Of a DNA stretch of 56,790 nucleotides, positions 6,083 through 13,068 are shown one piece after another. Source of the DNA: a virus (taxonomy: Duplodnaviria; Heunggongvirae; Uroviricota; Caudoviricetes). Numbering within the stretch: the first letter of the stretch is position 1; each line of letters begins with the position of its first letter. Under the pieces are notes generated by a model. That model saw only the letters and a list, made by a program, of their open reading frames with translations. It ran no database searches and was not told where the DNA came from. A program made the translations under genes and the position numbers. The DNA lies in IMG/VR virus record IMGVR_UViG_3300021400_000048, positions 1-56,790 of that record; one strand, 5' to 3'.

Positions 6083-6152
6083 GGCCTAGCTTCACACCCA
6101 TTGATTAAAAGTCAATTGCTCTATTGAGCTCTAGAAATAAGCATAGGCTCTA
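6083..6152 (-). repeat. Bracket element E enclosing D- and anticodon arms of a tRNA-Lys(TTT)
   Basis: TAGA-GCCTA-T-GC-TTATTTCT-AGAGCTCAATAGAGC-A-ATTGA-CTTTTAA-TCAAT...GC-TAGGC-C. Confidence 0.8.
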
Positions 6153-6162
6153 ATTATTTATT

Positions 6163-6249
6163 TGGTGGCCCGGGTGGGATTTGAACCCACACGCCTTTAC
6201 GGGCAAGGGATTTTAAGTCCCTCGTGTCTACCTATTCCGCCACCGGGCC
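6163..6249 (-). tRNA. tRNA-Leu(TAA)
   Basis: Anticodon TAA, long variable arm, A73-CCA. Confidence 0.9.
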
Positions 6250-6253
6250 ATAT

Positions 6254-6334
6254 TGGTGCAGGAAGGCAATGACTCCAGACTTGCATTTCTCATTTCTGAG
6301 CGTTCTTTTTATCGAGCAGTTGAACTACTTCCCT
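6254..6334 (-). ncRNA. Degenerate tRNA-like RNA with GAAA-tetraloop arm
   Basis: AGGGAAG/CTTCCTG acceptor-like stem, ends ACCA, CTCA-GAAA-TGAG in place of the anticodon arm. Confidence 0.4.
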
Positions 6335-6487
6335 ACGATTTAGAACTAGCTACAAATCGAGAAAACTTGCTATTTTTAAGTTGATTTATTTGCCACCTAT
6401 CCATAATGTGGTCGTGGAGATACTTATATACCGCACTCTCTGGGTCCTTAGGGCGGTCCAACTGGTTTATTTAGTTTTCCTTCTAAT

Positions 6488-6564
6488 TGGTGCTCTGAGC
6501 ATGGATCGAACCTACGACATCTTGCTTGTAGGACAAGTGCTCATCCCAACTGAGCTATCAGAGC
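6488..6564 (-). tRNA. tRNA-Val(TAC)
   Basis: Loop CC-TAC-AA, CCA. Confidence 0.9.
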
Positions 6565-6568
6565 ATAT

Positions 6569-6643
6569 TGGAGCAGATAAACAGGATCGAACTGTCATTT
6601 CAACCATGGCAAGGTCGCGTAATAGCCATTATACCATATCTGC
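6569..6643 (-). tRNA. tRNA-Gly(GCC)
   Basis: CGACC-TTGCCAT-GGTTG, U73. Confidence 0.9.
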
Positions 6644-6651
6644 AAATTTAT

Positions 6652-6726
6652 TGGCATCCCCAGAAGGATTCGAACCTTCACAAATGGCTTAGAAGGCCAT
6701 TGGTCTTTCCGTTAGCCTATGAGGAT
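6652..6726 (-). tRNA. tRNA-Arg(TCT)
   Basis: ATGGC-CTTCTAA-GCCAT, G73. Confidence 0.85.
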
Positions 6727-6729
6727 ATT

Positions 6730-6805
6730 TGGTGCGTCTTCAGAGATTCGAACTCTGGACCAACAGATTAAGAGTCTGCTACTCTACCAGCTGAGTTAAA
6801 GACGC
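6730..6805 (-). tRNA. tRNA-Lys(CTT)
   Basis: GCAGA-CTCTTAA-TCTGT. Confidence 0.9.
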
Positions 6806-6813
6806 GCAACTAT

Positions 6814-6889
6814 TGGTGCGCTTGAACAGGCTCGAACTGTCGACCCACGGATTAAAAGTCCGCTGCTCTACCTACTGAGCTACAAGCGC
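6814..6889 (-). tRNA. tRNA-Lys(TTT)
   Basis: GCGGA-CTTTTAA-TCCGT. Confidence 0.9.
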
Positions 6890-6960
6890 ATAAAGTTTTC
6901 GATATTTAGTTGTTTGTTTAGATTTTCGCTTCATACGCTTAATCTCCTTTAATTTATTTT

Positions 6961-7035
6961 TGGCAGGGCCGTGCTGATTTGAACAGCAATTTACTGGGTC
7001 AAAGCCAGTTGAACTAACCATTGTTCTACAGCCCT
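6961..7035 (-). tRNA. tRNA-Gln(TTG)
   Basis: ACTGG-CTTTGAC-CCAGT, G73-CCA. Confidence 0.85.
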
Positions 7036-7129
7036 AAATAATTTTACAATATTATTATACTATATATTTTTTAATTTGTAAATAGTTTTTAAAACGAAAA
7101 CGTTTTCTATTTAGTAAATTCAAAACAGC

Positions 7130-7157
7130 GAAAAAAAATGGATCCTTACGGACCCAA
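7130..7157 (-). terminator. Intrinsic terminator
   Basis: GGGTCC-GTAA-GGATCC followed by a T-tract. Confidence 0.7.
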
Positions 7158-7205
7158 AGATATATATGAACATCTATTCCAAAAATATACTAAGACTTGA
7201 TATTC

Positions 7206-7397
7206 TTAACTTGCTAACAAACTTCTATTCATATTAGCTGTTTTTATATTTTTAGAATTTAAGATGGACAATATGATTGGGTCTCCTTTTAAAAGACGGC
7301 ATGTAGGCGCAACTAAAAGAGTCTTAATAGATACTAAACTATCAAAACCTGGTTCTCTATGATTATTATATTGTTTACAAATCATATTAAATAGCAT
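7206..7397 (-). CDS. Hypothetical small protein (63 aa)
   Basis: SD AAGGAG before ATG (MLFNMIC...), followed by a terminator. Confidence 0.45.
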   Translation of the reverse strand: MLFNMICKQYNNHREPGFDSLVSIKTLLVAPTCRLLKGDPIILSILNSKNIKTANMNRSLLAS

Positions 7398-7467
7398 AAC
7401 CTTGCTCCTTTTAAAAATTTTTATAAAATACAAATTAGTTTATTAACTAATTAGTTAAATGCTCTTT

Positions 7468-7487
7468 ACATTTTAATTTAGCTAATA
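7468..7487 (-). promoter_or_regulatory. Second upstream motif class (GCTAAATTAA-[A]ATGT/TAGT)
   Basis: Near-identical copies at 7468-7487, 18210-18228 and 19025-19039, each upstream of a transcription unit. Confidence 0.5.
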
Positions 7488-7622
7488 TTTTTTTAATATT
7501 TTATTATTTTAATAAATAACTTTTTATGCTCAGAAAAGTTATTGAAAAACTGTTTATACGTAATGTATTAAATTAACAAATAGGTAGTATATTTACCTAT
7601 ATATTATTATACAATAAATTTT

Positions 7623-8621
7623 TTAAAATTTTAAACCAATTTTAAAATAAATTTCAGAAATTTTTTTATCTGCTCTTATTTTAGCTTTTTCAGCGCCGGT
7701 CATTAAAATTTTATTTAATTTATTAATATCAGTTTTTAACTCATTTACTTTATTTTGAATTTTTAAACATTCTGCACAAACAATATCTGCAACAGCTTTT
7801 TTAAAAATTCCATAATCTTTTTCATCTTTAAATATTTCTACAGCATCTTCTATAGAAATATCTTTTAAGCCAGCATAGATAGAAAGTAAATTACTAATTC
7901 CAGGCTTATGCTCAGGATCATAATAAATTTTACTTTCTGCATCTGTAACTGCTTTCATAATTTTTTTACGAGTTTTTTCAATATCTTCTAAAAGATAAAT
8001 AGTTCCTTTATCAGATTCAGATTTACTCATCTTTTTTGTTGGGTCAGATAAAGACATAATTTTAGCACCAGTTTTTGAAATAATAGGTTTTGGTAATTTA
8101 AAAGTTTCACCATAAGTTCTATTAAATCTATCAGCAAGTATTTTAGTTAATTCAATATGTTGGACTTGATCAATACCAACAGGAACATAATCGGCATCAT
8201 ATAATAATATATCTGCAGCCATTAAACTTGGATACATAAAAATTCCTGTTGGAATGCCTTCATGAGCAGTTATACTAGCTGCCTTTAGCTGATATTGATG
8301 CATTTCATAAAAATGTCTCATAACAGAATTACAAGTTAATATCCACTCTAATTGATTATGAGCAGGAACATCTGACTGTTTAAATAATACTGTTTTTTTA
8401 TCATCTAACCCAGCAGCTAAATATGTTGCAATTAAATTTAGTGAATTTTCTTTTAATTCTTCTGGCTTAATTGGAAGTGTTAATGCATGCAAATCAGCAA
8501 TAAATATATATAAATTATATTCATCTTGATATTTTACAAGCGGTTTAATTGCTCCAAGCAATGTGCCAAGAGTTGGTATACCTGTTGGTTTTATACCAGA
8601 TAACATTATAGCTTTATTCAT
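7623..8621 (-). CDS. trpS: Tryptophanyl-tRNA synthetase
   Basis: SGIKPTG, HIGH-like TLG, YPSLMAADILLY, VPVGIDQVQHIELT, KMSKS. Confidence 0.95.
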   Translation of the reverse strand: MNKAIMLSGIKPTGIPTLGTLLGAIKPLVKYQDEYNLYIFIADLHALTLPIKPEELKENSLNLIATYLAAGLDDKKTVLFKQSDVPAHNQLEWILTCNSVMRHFYEMHQYQLKAASITAHEGIPTGIFMYPSLMAADILLYDADYVPVGIDQVQHIELTKILADRFNRTYGETFKLPKPIISKTGAKIMSLSDPTKKMSKSESDKGTIYLLEDIEKTRKKIMKAVTDAESKIYYDPEHKPGISNLLSIYAGLKDISIEDAVEIFKDEKDYGIFKKAVADIVCAECLKIQNKVNELKTDINKLNKILMTGAEKAKIRADKKISEIYFKIGLKF

Positions 8622-8622
8622 A

Positions 8623-10995
8623 TTAAGCCTCTAAAATATTTCTAGTTAATACTTCTGGTAATAATTCTTCAATATGACTAACTGGAATAATTTTTAAATT
8701 ATTTTTAATTTCATCTGGCAAATCTTCAATATCTCGCTCATTTTCTTTTGGAATATAAATTGTATCAAGACCTGCTGTATAAGCCGCAATTGATTTTTCT
8801 TTTAGACCACCAATTGGAAGAATACGGCCTCTTAATGAAATTTCACCAGTCATACCAACATTATGTTTTACTGGAGTATCTGACATAGCACTTAGCATTG
8901 CAGTAACAAATGTTACACCAGCAGATGGTCCATCTTTAGGTACTGCTCCTTCTGGACAGTGAATATGTAAGTCAGAGTGGAATTGTGAATTAGTCATATT
9001 AAATAACATTTTATGAGATTTAATCCAGTTATAAGCAGCTTCTGCAGATTCTTTCATTACTTCACCAAGATTACCTGTAATTGTATAACTACCATTACTA
9101 TCATCTTTACCTTGAGTTGCTACTGCTTCAATTTGTAAAACATCTCCACCAAAATCAGTATAAGCTAAACCATTAACAACGCCAACTAAATCTTCTTTTT
9201 CAACGATATCATAGTCATACTTTCTCTTGCCAAGCATTTCTTTTAATAAAGCAGTATCAACAACAACTTTATCTAAATGCTCAGACATAATCTTTTTAAT
9301 AGATCTTCTAACTACTGTATCAATACAACGTTCTAATTGACGAGCACCAGCTTCACGTGTATAATATCTAATTAATTCATCTAAAGCTTCATCAGTTATT
9401 TTAAATTTTTCAGGTTCAAGACCATTTTTTTCTAACGATTTAGCAATAGTATGTTCCCTTGCAATATTAAATTTTTCAAGTCTTGTATAGCTTGACAATT
9501 CAATAATTTCCATTCTATCTCTAAGAGGTGCTGGAATTGAATATAAATCATTAGCTGTACAAATAAACATAACTTCTGATAAATCAAATTCTAATTCAAG
9601 ATAATGATCCATAAAATGTTCATTTTGTGCAGGGTCTAAAACTTCAAGTAATGATGCGCTTGGGTCACCTTTATAATCAGCACCAAGTTTATCTATTTCA
9701 TCTAATAGGAATACAGGATTTTTAGAGCCAGCTTCTTTAATACCATTAATAATTCTACCTGGCAAAGCTCCTAAATAAGTTCTTCTATGACCTCTAATTT
9801 CAGCTTCATCTTTTACACCGCCAAGTGATTGCTTAACAAACTTTCTTCCAAGTGCTTCAGCTATTGATTTTGCAATAGTTGTTTTACCAGTTCCTGGAGG
9901 GCCAGCTAAGCAAAGAATAGTTTGTGGTGTTTTTTGAGAATATAATTTAACTGCAAGATAATCTAAAATTCTTTCTTTAGGCTTATCAAGACCAGAATGT
10001 GTTTCATCAAGTTTTGCTTTAACAGCATCAATATCTGTATTATCTTCAGTTCTTACATTCCAAGGAAGTGCAAGTAAAGTATCAAGATAGTTTCTAATCA
10101 TTGAAGATTCGGGTGAAGCGCCATTTGTTGATTGATAGCGCTTTAACTCTCTTAATGCTTGGTTTTCTGCAGCCTCATGCATACCAATAGATTTAATTTT
10201 TTCCCTTAGACTATCTATATCAGCAGTAGCTTTATCAACATCACCAAGGTCCTCTTGAATAGCTCTTAATTTTTTTCGTAAATAGTATTCTTTTTGCTCT
10301 TTCATTATATCAGCTTGTACAGAGCTTTCAATTTGTCTATCAATTTCTGCAAGCTTTTCAACCTGTAGCATTAAAGAAGCAACTTTATGAAGTCTACTAT
10401 TAAACTCAGTATCAGCTAAAAAATCATAGATATTAACTTTAACTACTGACAAATTTGCAACAATTGTATCACAAAGTAAGGACTTCTTATCTTCTGCATC
10501 TAAGTATTGCTCAACAGCAAAAATATCTGAAAAAACTTGGTCTTTATATTTTCTTGCTTTTTTACAAATTACATTAAAAAGAGCAGCTGATTCATCTGTA
10601 AGATCTTCAGTATCAGTATAAACTTGAAGGTCTGCACATTGATAGTTAAGAACTTCAGCCCCAATTGAATTATTTAATTCAAAAGTATCATCCATCATAC
10701 TTACTAAATAAGCTCTTTTTTCTAAAACAATGTTAAATGATACACTTTCATCTGAAATAAAAGTAATATTTTGAAAAGTGCCAAATAGCCCAGCTGGCTT
10801 TACTGTTAGAGTTTCTTTATCTCTAAAAAATACACTTACTTGATTCTTAAAATAATTTTGTGATACTTTACATGTATCTATAAAAAATTTACTCGCAGTT
10901 ACCAAATTAATAGTTGTTCCAGGCAAAACTGGTTCTTCATCAAATACTATTATTGGTGCTTGTTTAATTTCTTGATAAGTCATATAATACCTCAT
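8623..10995 (-). CDS. lon: Lon ATP-dependent protease
   Basis: GPPGTGKT, LLDEIDK, PKDGPSAG catalytic Ser, ILPIGGLKEK. Confidence 0.95.
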   Translation of the reverse strand: MRYYMTYQEIKQAPIIVFDEEPVLPGTTINLVTASKFFIDTCKVSQNYFKNQVSVFFRDKETLTVKPAGLFGTFQNITFISDESVSFNIVLEKRAYLVSMMDDTFELNNSIGAEVLNYQCADLQVYTDTEDLTDESAALFNVICKKARKYKDQVFSDIFAVEQYLDAEDKKSLLCDTIVANLSVVKVNIYDFLADTEFNSRLHKVASLMLQVEKLAEIDRQIESSVQADIMKEQKEYYLRKKLRAIQEDLGDVDKATADIDSLREKIKSIGMHEAAENQALRELKRYQSTNGASPESSMIRNYLDTLLALPWNVRTEDNTDIDAVKAKLDETHSGLDKPKERILDYLAVKLYSQKTPQTILCLAGPPGTGKTTIAKSIAEALGRKFVKQSLGGVKDEAEIRGHRRTYLGALPGRIINGIKEAGSKNPVFLLDEIDKLGADYKGDPSASLLEVLDPAQNEHFMDHYLELEFDLSEVMFICTANDLYSIPAPLRDRMEIIELSSYTRLEKFNIAREHTIAKSLEKNGLEPEKFKITDEALDELIRYYTREAGARQLERCIDTVVRRSIKKIMSEHLDKVVVDTALLKEMLGKRKYDYDIVEKEDLVGVVNGLAYTDFGGDVLQIEAVATQGKDDSNGSYTITGNLGEVMKESAEAAYNWIKSHKMLFNMTNSQFHSDLHIHCPEGAVPKDGPSAGVTFVTAMLSAMSDTPVKHNVGMTGEISLRGRILPIGGLKEKSIAAYTAGLDTIYIPKENERDIEDLPDEIKNNLKIIPVSHIEELLPEVLTRNILEA

Positions 10996-11042
10996 TTACT
11001 ATATTATTATACAATATTTTTATAATATTTTTAATTAAAAAT

Positions 11043-11071
11043 ACCAATTTAATATCAAATTAAACTGGTAT
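11043..11071 (-). terminator. Terminator after the suppressor tRNA
   Basis: ATACCAGTTTA/TAAATTGGTAT inverted repeat with T-tract. Confidence 0.55.
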
Positions 11072-11080
11072 TTATTTACT

Positions 11081-11155
11081 TGGCGGAGGCTGAAGGATTC
11101 GAACCCTCGATGATGGTTTTGAAGACCATAGGCATAACCACTTACCGAAGCCTCC
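11081..11155 (-). tRNA. Opal suppressor tRNA-Trp(TCA)
   Basis: GGAGGCT/AGCCTCC acceptor, ATGGT-CT-TCA-AA-ACCAT, short variable arm (not Sec), G73-CCA; has its own promoter and terminator. Confidence 0.92.
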
Positions 11156-11309
11156 ATAATATTATACAATATAATCTAGATAATTGCCGTCAATATATTT
11201 CAAGTAGGAGGAAATAAATATGAAATATGGATATTAGGAGGAATTTGCTGAATGTTTTGTTTATTTGTCATTCATTCAACGACAATTTGTTTCAAAAATA
11301 ATGCTCTTT

Positions 11310-11462
11310 ATTAATTTCACGGCTCTGGGTAGAAACTAACTAAATCCCCTTGTCATCTTTCACCGACATGGCGGTAGCATTTACCTTACGCGTCAACGCT
11401 ACAAAGAGGTCTGGTCTATCTGGCAGGAAGAGCATCCTTGCCACACGTGAGACTGCCCGTGT
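11310..11462 (-). ncRNA. Candidate structured RNA upstream of the suppressor tRNA
   Basis: CACGG(GC)/(GC)CGTG closing stem; GGCAAGGA..TCCTGCC and GTAGC..GCTAC helices; GC-rich in an AT-rich context; strand uncertain. Confidence 0.4.
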
Positions 11463-11469
11463 ATATATT

Positions 11470-12078
11470 TTAAATATGTTCTACATAAAAATCTTTTTCA
11501 ACTGGTTCTATTACATGATAAATATAATCATCATATTTACTTATTGGATTTTCTCTGTCTATTGCTCTAATAGTTTCTTTTCTAAAAATTGCAGTATTAG
11601 AATTTACTGTGTCAGTAATAACTTTAATATAATCCATAACGCTTATAGGCTTTTCAGTTAATAATATTCTTTCTTTATCTTTTAATTCATAAACATTATA
11701 TCTTGGTTCATAATCTTTTTTAAGATTTTCTAAATATTGATCTATGTTATATGGAAACCAATAAGGTTCTACTTTATGAACTTCTTGTAGGCACCAAGAA
11801 ATAAATTCTATTGCTTCTCCACGACTATTATATTCATCATCTTCGCCATCATAAAAATTCATAACTAATTGTTGACTAATACATTCCTCGCAAAGTTGTT
11901 TTAATGTATAAATTGCATACTCTTCATCAATTTTAAACATTTCTGGAAAATATTGTTTAACTTTCTCATATACTCCACTTGGCATTAAATGATTATTACG
12001 AGTATAGCCATAACGACATTCAGAAATTAAAAATTGATATAAATCTTTTAAACTAACTTTAACTGTTTTTTCTGCCAT
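11470..12078 (-). CDS. Hypothetical protein
   Basis: 202-aa ORF, coupled to the upstream gene. Confidence 0.8.
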   Translation of the reverse strand: MAEKTVKVSLKDLYQFLISECRYGYTRNNHLMPSGVYEKVKQYFPEMFKIDEEYAIYTLKQLCEECISQQLVMNFYDGEDDEYNSRGEAIEFISWCLQEVHKVEPYWFPYNIDQYLENLKKDYEPRYNVYELKDKERILLTEKPISVMDYIKVITDTVNSNTAIFRKETIRAIDRENPISKYDDYIYHVIEPVEKDFYVEHI

Positions 12079-12082
12079 AATA

Positions 12083-12961
12083 TTAACCTAAATATCTTTC
12101 ATATTCTCTAGCCTCAACATAATAAACATCCATAGTATTACCTAAAAAATGTTCATAGTCAGACAAGCTCATTTCAATTATACCATTTGCATAATCAACA
12201 ACTTTTGGTGAACACCAATGTGATTTAATTTGCTTATCAGGCCAAGACCATACTACTTTAAAATTTTCATCGATAGCTTTAGAAGTTTTGCCAATATATT
12301 TACCATCAACATTTTCAAATTTAATTGTTTCAACGTGTTCTCTTCCAGCTGGATTAAAATATCTTAAAACAACTTCTTGATAATGTTCTGCTAACTTTTC
12401 TTTATAATGTATCCACACATTAGAAAATAAGCCATGTTCATAATGTGATTCACGTTCTTCATCTACAAAACTTTGCTTAGAAATATAAACACTTTGTTTG
12501 CCATCACTGCTCACAGAAGCTGCAACTAAATATGGATAGTATTGAATTAAATCTAATAAAGTATTAAATGGAACTTCAATAGTAACATAAACACCGTGCT
12601 TATTTAATTCTTTTAATGTATATTCATGATTATAATATTTATAAGTATAAGTAATTTTTTCTTTTTTACCAAATTTTGCTCTTTTATCGTCTACAATATT
12701 TTTGTGCTCAATAATTTCGAATACATCTGGTAATTTTTCAGCAACTTCTTTTTGATTATATTCAGTTACTACAACTTTTTGATGTTGATATAATTTACCA
12801 CCAGTTGCTTTTTTAAATGCTAAAAAATCTAGCCACTCATCAGAATAATAAACATTAACATGTTCATCACCAAATTTTACTGGATTTCCGTTTTTATCAA
12901 ACCAGCCACCAGTGCCAGCTATATGGTCTGCAAGATCGCACTTGCCACTATAGTGTGACAT
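12083..12961 (-). CDS. Hypothetical protein
   Basis: 292-aa ORF, SD AGGAG, promoter at about 13021. Confidence 0.8.
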   Translation of the reverse strand: MSHYSGKCDLADHIAGTGGWFDKNGNPVKFGDEHVNVYYSDEWLDFLAFKKATGGKLYQHQKVVVTEYNQKEVAEKLPDVFEIIEHKNIVDDKRAKFGKKEKITYTYKYYNHEYTLKELNKHGVYVTIEVPFNTLLDLIQYYPYLVAASVSSDGKQSVYISKQSFVDEERESHYEHGLFSNVWIHYKEKLAEHYQEVVLRYFNPAGREHVETIKFENVDGKYIGKTSKAIDENFKVVWSWPDKQIKSHWCSPKVVDYANGIIEMSLSDYEHFLGNTMDVYYVEAREYERYLG

Positions 12962-13068
12962 AATATTTCTCCTTTTGCCTTTTGAGCTATAAAATCATCC
13001 TTTTGGGACTACTTTTGTTCTATTATATTATACAATATTTTTTACAAAATTTAAAAGACTAGTCTAAA

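Noticed and set aside
2311-6152. Brackets as CRISPR repeats, T-box, hairpin ribozyme, BHB or permuted group I intron ends
   Set aside because: No regular spacing or cas genes; no T-box antiterminator; hairpin loop motifs fall on opposite strands with no GUC site; group I rules (exon ending U, intron ending G) would create a T30-C40 mismatch in both tRNAs
6405-6485. Possible seventh, divergent bracket (TAGA-AGGAA-A-AC ... TATATAA-GT-ATCTC)
   Set aside because: The 5-bp stem does not pair and TTATTTCT is absent; too weak to count
1121-6771. Short ORFs 1121-1363, 2227-2427, 4110-4304, 4731-4919, 6381-6692, 6568-6771
   Set aside because: They overlap tRNA genes or structured RNA, mostly antisense, with no SD or protein motifs
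7160-7400. tmRNA suggested by the tag-like ending ANMNRSLLAS*
   Set aside because: No tRNA-like domain (T-loop, G3-U70, CCA) nearby; better explained as a small ORF with SD and terminator
11081-11155. tRNA-Sec
   Set aside because: Short variable arm, 7-bp acceptor and standard D-arm; TrpRS nearby and the TGA/TGG swaps support Trp
11310-11462. Cobalamin or other known riboswitch
   Set aside because: Only isolated words (GGTGAAA, AGACTGCC); core consensus absent
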